The notes below the pieces were generated by a model. That model had not been told where the DNA came from and ran no database searches. It was given only the letters and a program-made list of their open reading frames with translations. Shown in pieces: positions 18,301 through 26,435 of a stretch of 39,017 bases of DNA. Numbering within the stretch: the first letter of the stretch is position 1; every line of letters begins with the position of its first letter. Source of the DNA: an uncultured archaeon. GTDB lineage: Archaea > Altiarchaeota > Altiarchaeia > IMC4 > SCGC-AAA252-I15. Position numbers and translations under genes: made by a program. The stretch is taken from the NCBI GenBank assembly GCA_902384455.1, contig CABMCB010000051.1, forward strand, positions 1 through 39,017, given 5' to 3'.

Positions 18301-19038
18301 ATGGTCCTAATCGACAGAGTGCCCACGGGAATACATGGGCTGGATGAAGTAATCCAAGGCGGATTTCCCAAAGGGGACACCATACTTCTGACCGGCACTC
18401 CCGGAACAGGAAAGACGACGTTCGCCCTGCAGTACCTCGTCGAAGGGGCAGTAAGGCATGGTGAACGCGGCGTCTACATAACGCTGGAAAAAAGCATAGA
18501 CCGCCTGGAGGCGCGAGTGCACCCGTTCGGCTGGGACCTGAAGCGGCTGGAAAAAGAAAAGAAAATAATGATACTGGACCCGGTAATAAAAACGGAGTTC
18601 GGAGAAGACCCGGTGGAATGGCTGCAAAGCAAGGAAGTACAAAAGAAAATCAACGCATTCGCCCCCCAAAGAGTCGCATTAGACAGCCTGACGCAACTTC
18701 TGCAGTACACCCGGGAAAAAGGCGGAATCCGCAGAGGAATAAAGACGATAATGGACTCCTACCAGCTGGACGCCACAGCCCTGTTCATACACGAACGCCA
18801 ATACGGCGGAATAGACAACGTGGAATACACCCCCGAAGAATACATCGCCGACGGCATAGTATACATGCAACTAATACGAGAAGCAGACGAATACCACCGC
18901 GGACTCACCGTGCTAAAAATGCGCGGAACATCCCACACTCTGCGCATACTGCCCTACATAATAGAAAAAGACGGCATCCGAGTGAAACCAAGTTCACCGC
19001 TACGAATAACAAAAAGCGGAATCAAAATAAGATTTTAA
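18301..19038 (+). CDS. Single-domain KaiC/RAD55-like RecA-fold ATPase, second paralog
   Basis: RVPTGIHGLDEVIQGG, GTPGTGKTT, ITLEK, LDSL, EEYIADG, LKMRGTSH. Confidence 0.92.
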   Translation: MVLIDRVPTGIHGLDEVIQGGFPKGDTILLTGTPGTGKTTFALQYLVEGAVRHGERGVYITLEKSIDRLEARVHPFGWDLKRLEKEKKIMILDPVIKTEFGEDPVEWLQSKEVQKKINAFAPQRVALDSLTQLLQYTREKGGIRRGIKTIMDSYQLDATALFIHERQYGGIDNVEYTPEEYIADGIVYMQLIREADEYHRGLTVLKMRGTSHTLRILPYIIEKDGIRVKPSSPLRITKSGIKIRF

Positions 19039-19047
19039 ACCAAACCA

Positions 19048-20034
19048 ATGAACGCCTCACTCCAAAACGACGTGGAAGAGCTCGGAAGAAAAATAAAGCA
19101 AGTAAAGACGGAGCTCCACAAAGGAATCGTCGGCCAAGACGAAGTCATAGAGGCAGTTCTAACCTCCATAATGTGCAACGGCCACGTCCTTATAGAGTCT
19201 GTTCCGGGTCTTGCCAAGACCACGTTGGTGCGTTTTTTGAACGCCACAATCAAAGACAGCAGTTTTCAGCGTATCCAGTTCACTCCAGACCTTCTGCCGA
19301 CAGACATAACCGGAGTGAACGTCTATGAGGAGCATAAGGGCTTTTACACCATCAAGGGACCGATTTTCGCCAACATAATCTTAGGGGACGAAATCAATAG
19401 GACTCCCCCTAAGGTGCAGTCTGCGATGCTTCAGGCGATGGCCGAGCGTGAGGTTACTATTGGTCGTGAGACTTTTCCTTTGCCTAAGCCTTTTCTTGTT
19501 CTTGCGACTCAGAATCCTCTTGAGCAGCAGGGTACTTATCCGTTGGCTTTGGCGCAGTCGGACCGGTTCATGTTCAAGGTGGACATGGATTATCCAGCGG
19601 AGGATGAGGAGTTTCACATTATAGACCAGAACATTGATGTTAAGCGTTTGGAGGATTTCGGTTTGGAGCAGTGCCTGAGTTTTCCTGACATATTCCGTCT
19701 GCAGGAGATTACAAAGAAAATTCACATATCGGAGGAAGTGAAAGAGTATGTGGTCAACCTTATTGACGCTACTCGTTACCCGGATAATTACGGGATTAAA
19801 GCCGGCAGGTACGTCCGCTGGGGCGTGTCTCCGCGGGCTACAATAGCGTTGGTTTTGGCCGCTAAGGCCAAGGCGGTTCTTGCGGGTCGTACTTACGTTA
19901 TTCCTGAAGACGTCCGGACGATTGTTTACCCTGTCATAAGGCATCGTCTCATCCTGAACTATGAGGCTAAGGCGAGGGAAATAAGCCCCGACTCTATAAT
20001 CAGCGAAATAGTGAAAATGGTGCCGGTGACGTGA
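19048..20034 (+). CDS. moxR: MoxR-family AAA+ ATPase (paralog 2)
   Basis: GHVLIESVPGLAKT, RIQFTPDLLPTD, DEINR, ATQNP, DRF, GVSPRA, RHRL. Confidence 0.95.
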   Translation: MNASLQNDVEELGRKIKQVKTELHKGIVGQDEVIEAVLTSIMCNGHVLIESVPGLAKTTLVRFLNATIKDSSFQRIQFTPDLLPTDITGVNVYEEHKGFYTIKGPIFANIILGDEINRTPPKVQSAMLQAMAEREVTIGRETFPLPKPFLVLATQNPLEQQGTYPLALAQSDRFMFKVDMDYPAEDEEFHIIDQNIDVKRLEDFGLEQCLSFPDIFRLQEITKKIHISEEVKEYVVNLIDATRYPDNYGIKAGRYVRWGVSPRATIALVLAAKAKAVLAGRTYVIPEDVRTIVYPVIRHRLILNYEAKAREISPDSIISEIVKMVPVT

Positions 20035-20934
20035 ATGGAGACCGACAGTTTGCCTCAGGAGTTTACGAGTCTTGACGACCTAACCAAGGAGATAGACACC
20101 AACGTCAACCGGATAATAGACGTCTTCAGGTTCATCCTAAAGTACCAGATGCTTTTCAGAGGCGGCGGAATAGAGTTTGCGGGCTTAAGGCATTACGTTT
20201 TGGGCGAAGACGACGCCAAGCGCATAGACTGGCGCGCAAGCCTTAGAGCCAAGGAGCTGATGGTCAGAGACTACGAGGAGGAACGCGACCTTGACGTAGT
20301 CATCTTACTTGACTCAAGCGCAAGCATGCTGCTTGGCACGACCGGAAAACTCAAAAGCGAATATGCGGCCATAGTCGCCGGCGTATTGGTTTATGCGGGC
20401 ATTGAGACTGGCGACAACGTGGGTTTCATCATGTTCAACGACAAGATTGTGGCTTCAGTCGACCCCAGCAAGGACATCGCCAACTACTACGTCATCCTGA
20501 AGATGCTGGTGGACCCCCGCAACTGGGGTGGTGGGGCAAATCTCGAGGAGGCGTTGAAGCGCTCGATGAGCACCATCGGAGAAAAAAGCGTTCTGTTCCT
20601 GATTTCGGATTTCATAGGGGTGGGAGACGAATGGAACAACTCCGTTAAAATGGCGGCGGCAAAATTCAGCGAAGTGTTCGGCATAATGATACTGGACGAA
20701 AGAGACGACAAAATACCTCCCGGAATAGGAGTCATGCGCCTTAAGGACCCGTTTTCAGGCGAAGTCTCGACGATAAACATGGACGCAGCCAGGAAAAAAT
20801 ACATGCAGCTGGCCCAAGCAAAGGAGGAAAAGACTTTTGCGACATTCCACGAAGCGCACAGCAGGTTCGTAAAAGTATACTCCCACGAAAACTTCGTGGA
20901 ACCACTGGTCAAATACCTGGAGATGGAGGAATAA
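20035..20934 (+). CDS. DUF58-family vWA-like MoxR partner
   Basis: GIEFAGLRHY...DDAKRIDWRAS...YEEERDL, LLDSSASM, GDNVG, LISDF. It abuts moxR. Confidence 0.92.
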   Translation: METDSLPQEFTSLDDLTKEIDTNVNRIIDVFRFILKYQMLFRGGGIEFAGLRHYVLGEDDAKRIDWRASLRAKELMVRDYEEERDLDVVILLDSSASMLLGTTGKLKSEYAAIVAGVLVYAGIETGDNVGFIMFNDKIVASVDPSKDIANYYVILKMLVDPRNWGGGANLEEALKRSMSTIGEKSVLFLISDFIGVGDEWNNSVKMAAAKFSEVFGIMILDERDDKIPPGIGVMRLKDPFSGEVSTINMDAARKKYMQLAQAKEEKTFATFHEAHSRFVKVYSHENFVEPLVKYLEMEE

Positions 20935-20935
20935 C

Positions 20936-21907
20936 GTGGACTCACAAAGCATCGTACTCCAAAGGGAAATAACAGACGTCCTCATACTCACAGTATTCCT
21001 AACCGTCCTACTATACTGGCTGGCAAAAAACAGAGTCGAAAAACGCATACTAACATTCGGAAACTACGAAACCCTAAAAAAAGCATACGGCTCACGCATA
21101 AGATTCCTCGGCTGGGGACTGGTACTACTGCGACTGGCGGCCGTATCCCTCTTCGTGCTGGCTTACGCCAACCCCCAGACGGTGACCGTAAGACCCGCCC
21201 CAACAAGCGACTTCGTACTGGCCATAGACACCAGCAGCAGCATGCTGACTCCGGACTACAATCCCAACCGTCTTGAGGCCACTAAGGAGACGGCAGTCAA
21301 GTGGCTGTCGACTTTGGAGGGCGTGAACGTGGGTGTTGTGACGTTTGCTGGGAGGGCTTATATTCGGCTGAAGCCGACTAATGATTTCGCGGAGATTATG
21401 TCGACGATTCAAGACATTAATCTGGATACGCCTGCCGGCACGGCGATTGGCGATGCTTTGGTTGCTTCGTCTGCGTTGCTGTCGAAGTCTCAGACTAACA
21501 GGACAATTATCTTGATTACTGACGGGCGCAACAACATCGGAGTGTCCATCAACGATAGCCTTCAGCTTCTTCAGCAGAATAACATGAAGGTTGTTGCGAT
21601 TGGAATAGGGACTATCGGCGGTCAAGATAATACCACTACGACGGTGCCTTCCGAGCTGGCTAGGTTCAATGCTACGGTGGCGTCGTTTGCCGACTTGGAT
21701 GTCGATACCCTCCAATATCTCGCTAACGCCACCAACGGGACTTTCAATTACGTTGAGGATGTTTCATCCCTTCAGCAGGTTCTTTTCGGTTCGACCGAGA
21801 ACGTGGAAGTAAAGCGTTCGCTAGCCAACTACTTTTTCTTCCCCGCGCTTGTTCTGCTTTTGTTGGACTGGAGCTTTGAAGCTACCCGCTATCGCCCAGT
21901 GCCTTAA
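20936..21907 (+). CDS. BatA-like membrane vWA-domain protein
   Basis: Two N-terminal TM helices ending LAYANP, an intact MIDAS motif DTSSSM, PNRLEATK, GTAIGDAL, LITDG and a C-terminal TM helix. Confidence 0.9.
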   Translation: MDSQSIVLQREITDVLILTVFLTVLLYWLAKNRVEKRILTFGNYETLKKAYGSRIRFLGWGLVLLRLAAVSLFVLAYANPQTVTVRPAPTSDFVLAIDTSSSMLTPDYNPNRLEATKETAVKWLSTLEGVNVGVVTFAGRAYIRLKPTNDFAEIMSTIQDINLDTPAGTAIGDALVASSALLSKSQTNRTIILITDGRNNIGVSINDSLQLLQQNNMKVVAIGIGTIGGQDNTTTTVPSELARFNATVASFADLDVDTLQYLANATNGTFNYVEDVSSLQQVLFGSTENVEVKRSLANYFFFPALVLLLLDWSFEATRYRPVP

Positions 21908-21944
21908 AGAATCTGGTCCATATCTCTTACACTTTACGCAAAGC

Positions 21945-22199
21945 ATGCAAGCTCAGGCGCCACCTAAGGAACGTTCTCAAGTCACAAAGACGATTGAGGA
22001 AATCAAGGAGTGGATACTCCAGAAAATAAAAATAGCCCAGAAGCCGCAGCTTGACGAGAAAATAAAGGAGCTTGAACAAGCCCGCCTGCAAAAAATAACC
22101 ATAAGCCTCAACAAAGGCGTCGGAAAAAGCATAGGAAAACAGCTTACAGGCGCACGCAAAATAGGCCTAAACTTAACGCGCCGCCTGCGCTTAATCTGA
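21945..22199 (+). CDS. Small basic hypothetical protein
   Basis: ATG21945 gives an 84-aa helical, Lys-rich ORF that fills the gap between neighbouring genes. No recognisable motif. Confidence 0.5.
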   Translation: MQAQAPPKERSQVTKTIEEIKEWILQKIKIAQKPQLDEKIKELEQARLQKITISLNKGVGKSIGKQLTGARKIGLNLTRRLRLI

Positions 22200-22202
22200 C
22201 TT

Positions 22203-22790
22203 TTAATTTAAGCCTAAAAACCAGGCGGAAACGTAAGCTTCCACGAAAGCGGAGGCAAAAAGCAAAGGCAAAACCACAGTCGCATACCTCAACGCCGCCT
22301 TTTTCGCGGCCGCATAAGCGGAATCCCTACGCCTCAGCTTACGCGGCCGGATGACGGCCAACCAAAATCTAAGTGTTAGTTCGGCGGTGATGATGAGCGC
22401 CAGAACCTCGAGGAAGGCGTGCGGCAAAACTCCTCCCGCTATCTTCAACAGAGGCATGCCTTTGTCTGCGACAAGCCTTATGGCATAACCCACCACGAAT
22501 CCGTTGACTGCCAACAGCAGCAGGGACATTCCAGGTACGATCAAACCCGCCGCGCCAATGACCAACGTCGCCTTTATGTTTCTTGCGAAAATCCTAAGCG
22601 CATTCCAAAAAGGGTCATTCTGCCTGACCAGACCCTCATAAGCCTGCCCAAGTAAGCCGGAAACAAAGCCGGCGTAAGGAAACAAAGCAATACCCATAAA
22701 CACCGCGAAAACAAAGACTGCGGCGGGAACATGAAAAGTCCAGCCGTCGGCCGAAACTTTTTTTGCGGCCTCCTTTTTACTTGGACTCAT
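22203..22790 (-). CDS. SpoIIM/DUF95-family membrane protein
   Basis: IFARN, NGFVVG, GVLPHAFLE, SAFVEAYVS and multiple TM helices. Confidence 0.88.
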   Translation of the reverse strand: MSPSKKEAAKKVSADGWTFHVPAAVFVFAVFMGIALFPYAGFVSGLLGQAYEGLVRQNDPFWNALRIFARNIKATLVIGAAGLIVPGMSLLLLAVNGFVVGYAIRLVADKGMPLLKIAGGVLPHAFLEVLALIITAELTLRFWLAVIRPRKLRRRDSAYAAAKKAALRYATVVLPLLFASAFVEAYVSAWFLGLN

Positions 22791-23289
22791 GGAAGAGCGT
22801 CAGGCCGCATGTTTCGCATATCGCGTTTTCGCTTATGTTCCCCGTGCCGCATTGCGGGCATATGCCGTATTCGGCCGCGAATTTCCTTTCTTCTGGAGCC
22901 TGCTTTTGAGCGAATGGAGACAGGAAGCTTGAAATCATCCGGCCTGTGTCGTATGTGATATTTCCTACGGCAGCTCCCGCTCCCATAACCAGTATGCCCG
23001 TTAGATTCCACATAAGAAGAAGCCACGCGAGAACCGCGACGTGAACAATGCTGCTTCCCGTGAACGCCCCGAAGTGATACAATGTCGCGGCAATCAAAAC
23101 GAAACCCAAAGCACCCGAAACAACGCCGTCAACGAAAGCGGCCTTAAGGCGTCCCTTACTCAAGTATCCGACGGCGAAACCGGCGGCTGCCGGGCCTGCA
23201 AGTGGGACCCAGTTTAATAGGGCGTATAGTCCGCTTCCCAGTGCTATGGTCGAAAGGCGGCGCAGGTGTGAAAAGATTTTTTCCTTCAT
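22777..23289 (-). CDS. Membrane protein (DUF5518-like) with C-terminal zinc ribbon
   Basis: VPLAGPAAAGFAVGY, Gly-rich TM helices, and CPQCG...CETCG. Confidence 0.75.
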   Translation of the reverse strand: MKEKIFSHLRRLSTIALGSGLYALLNWVPLAGPAAAGFAVGYLSKGRLKAAFVDGVVSGALGFVLIAATLYHFGAFTGSSIVHVAVLAWLLLMWNLTGILVMGAGAAVGNITYDTGRMISSFLSPFAQKQAPEERKFAAEYGICPQCGTGNISENAICETCGLTLFHESK

Positions 23290-23312
23290 TTAGAGCCCAA
23301 AACCGTGGAAAC

Positions 23313-23334
23313 TATATTTAAAACGATTTATAAA
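23313..23334. promoter_or_regulatory. Back-to-back TATA-like boxes of a divergent promoter
   Basis: Plus-strand TTTATAAA at 23327-23334, about 30 nt before gar1. Minus-strand TTTAAATATA at 23313-23322, about 25 nt before the 23289 start. Confidence 0.55.
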
Positions 23335-23364
23335 GGTGCAAGATACCCTTATATAGGATAACTC

Positions 23365-23613
23365 ATGGGCGGGGCCTCTTTTCTCGGTTTAGTCCATAGG
23401 AAAACAAGCCAAAACTTAGTCGTCCGTCTTTCTGTTCCCATACGCCCTGTTGCTCGCGCGAAGAAACTCATTGGCGCTCCCGCAAGAATAAACGGGCAAG
23501 TGATAGGCTCAATAATCGACATAATAGGGCCCGTAGAGCACCCTTACGTCGTAATTTCTATAAAAACCAGCGGCGCCGACATAAAAGAAGGCGCTTCAGT
23601 CCAGTTAAACTGA
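23365..23613 (+). CDS. gar1: H/ACA ribonucleoprotein subunit Gar1/Naf1
   Basis: IGSIIDIIGPVEHPYVVI, in the conserved archaeal position upstream of tfb. Confidence 0.85.
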   Translation: MGGASFLGLVHRKTSQNLVVRLSVPIRPVARAKKLIGAPARINGQVIGSIIDIIGPVEHPYVVISIKTSGADIKEGASVQLN

Positions 23614-23622
23614 CAACCCCCG

Positions 23623-24573
23623 ATGGCCACTAAAGAACGGCAGCCGGAGCAGGAAATAACCCTTAAAGAAGACGCTAAAATCTGCCCCGAATGCGGCACA
23701 ACCGACTTTATCACAGACTACAAGCACGGCGAAATCGTCTGCAAAAGATGCGGATACGTAGTAGAAGACCATCTCTACGACACCGGCCCCGAATGGCGCA
23801 GCTTCGACGAAGACCAGAAAAGCAAGCGCGCCAGAACGGGAGGCCCCGTGAAATTCGCCAAACTAAACAAAGGCCTTACCACTGAAATCGACCGCTATGA
23901 CCGCGACATACGCGGAGGAAGCATTCAGCCGGAAAGGAAAGCCCAGCTTTACCGCCTTAGGAAGTGGCAGCGCCGCAGTCGCATGAGCGACAGCGTGCAA
24001 CGCAACCTATCAATCGCCCTTCCCGAACTCGACCGCATGTGCGCCTACCTCAACATACCCAACAACCTAAAGGAAGAAGCCGCAATGTGGTACCGCAAAA
24101 CAGTCAACAAAGGACTGGTGCGTGGCCGAAGCATAGAAAGCGTCGTCGCAGCGATAATATACTACGTCACCCGCAAACATCACCAACCCAAGACTCTTGA
24201 GGAACTGGAGTCCGCAAGCGGAATACGCCAAAAAGACATAGGCCGAAGCTACCGATTCATATGCCGTCGCCTAGGCCTTAGGATGCCGGTCGCCTCCCCA
24301 ATAGACTACATACCCCGCTTCTCAAGCGAACTGGGACTTTCAGGAGAAACAGAAGCCAAAGCCATAGAGATACTTAAAAAAGCGCGTGAAAAAGGTGTGG
24401 CATCCGGACGAGGCCCAACTGGGGTGGCGGCCGCAGCAATATACCTTGCCGGCAAAATCACCAAAGACAAGAAGACTCAGAAGGGGATTGCAGGAAAGCT
24501 TGCCGGCGTCACAGAAGTCACAATCCGCAACCGATACGAGGAGATAGCGCGAGAACTTGGCATCGAAATCTAA
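23623..24573 (+). CDS. tfb: Transcription initiation factor IIB
   Basis: Zinc ribbon CPECG...CKRCG, GPEWRSF, RLRKWQ, LVRGRSIE, GVTEVTIRNRY. Confidence 0.98.
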   Translation: MATKERQPEQEITLKEDAKICPECGTTDFITDYKHGEIVCKRCGYVVEDHLYDTGPEWRSFDEDQKSKRARTGGPVKFAKLNKGLTTEIDRYDRDIRGGSIQPERKAQLYRLRKWQRRSRMSDSVQRNLSIALPELDRMCAYLNIPNNLKEEAAMWYRKTVNKGLVRGRSIESVVAAIIYYVTRKHHQPKTLEELESASGIRQKDIGRSYRFICRRLGLRMPVASPIDYIPRFSSELGLSGETEAKAIEILKKAREKGVASGRGPTGVAAAAIYLAGKITKDKKTQKGIAGKLAGVTEVTIRNRYEEIARELGIEI

Positions 24574-24613
24574 TCCCCCAATGTTTTAAGCATCCTCACC
24601 TCATTTTCTTCCG

Positions 24614-25267
24614 ATGCCATACGACCACCTTTTGACGGCGTTCGCCCGCATCCTGGATAGCCCTCACTCAAGCCGCGTAACTTCGACTGAGGAGTTGGGC
24701 CAGCTTTGGGGCGTAAGCCAGCAGACGGCAAGCAGGTACCTAAGCGAGCTGGAGCGCGAAGGACTTGTGGATAGGCGGCCTTCAGGCCGCAGGCAGTCTG
24801 TGGCTCTGACTCCTATTGGGGTATCAAAGCTTTCGTCTTTGCACGAGGAGTTGGCTAAGCTGTTCACATCCAAAGGCCAGTCCGCCAAGATTAAAGGCGC
24901 AGTCATAACCGGTTTAGGGGAAGGAGCATACTACGTGAAACAGTACGGTTCCCGCATAACGGCGGCCACGGGAATTGAGTCTTACCCCGGCACGTTCAAC
25001 CTGCGTTTCAGCAAGCCGGTTCAAAATTTTGGCCGCTTTGCCGGAAGCGTGATTGATGGTTTCGAGTCTGAGGGGCGCAAGTTCGGTAAAGTCTCAATCG
25101 CCAAGGCGGTTCTGTCCCACGAAGGCAGGAAAGTGAAGGCGTATCTTCTTATCCCTGAGCGCACCCACCACACAGACCAATTGGAGTTCGTGCACCAAAA
25201 GAATCTGCGCAAGGAACTTGGCGTCAAAGACGGAGACGAAGTCGAAGTGGAAATCGAAGGAAACTAA
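24614..25267 (+). CDS. ribK: CTP-dependent riboflavin kinase with N-terminal wHTH
   Basis: VSQQTASRYL HTH, GLGEGAYY, YPGTFN, PERTHH, LRKELGVKDGD. Confidence 0.93.
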   Translation: MPYDHLLTAFARILDSPHSSRVTSTEELGQLWGVSQQTASRYLSELEREGLVDRRPSGRRQSVALTPIGVSKLSSLHEELAKLFTSKGQSAKIKGAVITGLGEGAYYVKQYGSRITAATGIESYPGTFNLRFSKPVQNFGRFAGSVIDGFESEGRKFGKVSIAKAVLSHEGRKVKAYLLIPERTHHTDQLEFVHQKNLRKELGVKDGDEVEVEIEGN

Positions 25268-25866
25268 CGGAAGAGGTCTCTCTTCTTAACCTTGCCGCCC
25301 GGCGCAGTCTCATCGAAAACCTGCGCAGTGAAACTATACACCTTGACTTTGTCGCTCTTCATCCACGCGTCAGGCGGAAGACCCGCCTTAACGCAAGTGT
25401 GGTCAAGAAACTGCTTCGTGTTCCAACCCTGCTCGACCGGCACCTGAGGCAGAAGAAGACCCTTGAAAGCTCCGTACTCCACGATGAGGCCGTCTCTGCC
25501 TATGATTATTTCCGCAGGCAGTCCCCCCCTGTTTTTCACGTACATCTCATGGGCGGGAGTGAGAACCGAAACTTCAACCGCGATAGAGGGAAACTCGTCC
25601 GAAGTGACAGGCGGAAAACGAGGGTCATGGAAAGCTGCCGAAACCGCGCACTGCTGTATGCATTCTCCAAGCGGCATTATCGCCTCAGTGTATCCTATGC
25701 AGCCCCTAAGTTCGTCGTCGGGAACAGTGCGCAAAGTCACAAAGCACGCGCCCTTATCCCCAAATACTCCGTGCGACGGATGGTTGGGCAACTGCCGTCT
25801 GCTTAAAGCCGCCTCAATCACTCGTCGGGCGTAAACTACCGCTTCAGCGCCCTCCGCAAGATCCAC
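25264..25866 (-). CDS. AMMECR1-domain protein (TIGR00296/AmmeMemoRadiSam A-like)
   Basis: ACFVTL, LRGCIG, AAFHDPRF, EVSVLT, GLLLPQV, KAGL. Confidence 0.95.
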   Translation of the reverse strand: MDLAEGAEAVVYARRVIEAALSRRQLPNHPSHGVFGDKGACFVTLRTVPDDELRGCIGYTEAIMPLGECIQQCAVSAAFHDPRFPPVTSDEFPSIAVEVSVLTPAHEMYVKNRGGLPAEIIIGRDGLIVEYGAFKGLLLPQVPVEQGWNTKQFLDHTCVKAGLPPDAWMKSDKVKVYSFTAQVFDETAPGGKVKKRDLFR

Positions 25867-25869
25867 CTT

Positions 25870-26424
25870 CTACTTTCCCCCGCCAGCTAATGCGGTAAAA
25901 ACAGCGTCAACTATGGATTCTTCGTCGGCCAGCTTCGCCTTGTTTTCTGCGATTCGCGGCTCGACAAAAATTACTCCCGCCTCCTTGAGCTTGCTGACGT
26001 TTGCGGCAAGGAAGGGGTTGTAGTACATTGAGATATCCATGGCGGGCACTACTATGATAGGGACTGAAGAACCTAATGCTACTGCCGCCATCGTTGTGAC
26101 CGGGGTGTCGTCTATGCCGTTTGCTATCTTGCCTATGGTGTCGGCTGTCGCAGGGCAGATAAGAAGAAGCTTCGCCTCCCCGCCGACTGAAAAATACTTC
26201 ACGTGCTCCATCTTCCCAGTAAGCTGAGTCACCACAGGGTTGCCTGAAGCCCACTCCAAAACGGGTTCGGCAATTGTGTGGCGGGCGCTCGAATTCAATG
26301 CCACAACCACGTTGAGGTCGCGCCTTACAAGCTCCCGCACAAGCTCAGGCACCTTGACTGCCGCAACACTGCCGCACACTCCGACGACAACCATCTTCTT
26401 TTGGCGTTCCTTATCCATTGTCAT
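25870..26424 (-). CDS. coaC: Phosphopantothenoylcysteine decarboxylase (HFCD flavoprotein), stand-alone CoaC domain
   Basis: GVCGSVAAVK, EHV, PATADTIGKIANGIDD, PAM and archaeal-type EPRIAENKAK. The start is 26418 or 26424. Confidence 0.85.
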   Translation of the reverse strand: MTMDKERQKKMVVVGVCGSVAAVKVPELVRELVRRDLNVVVALNSSARHTIAEPVLEWASGNPVVTQLTGKMEHVKYFSVGGEAKLLLICPATADTIGKIANGIDDTPVTTMAAVALGSSVPIIVVPAMDISMYYNPFLAANVSKLKEAGVIFVEPRIAENKAKLADEESIVDAVFTALAGGGK

Positions 26425-26435
26425 TTAAAACATAC

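Noticed and set aside
17572-19038. Circadian KaiABC clock
   Set aside because: The proteins are single-domain, no kaiA/kaiB is present in the window, and the cyanobacterial Ser-Thr phosphosite pair is replaced by EEF/EEY.
22203-22790. Sporulation function for the SpoIIM-like gene
   Set aside because: The family is widespread in non-sporulating archaea, and no other sporulation genes are present.
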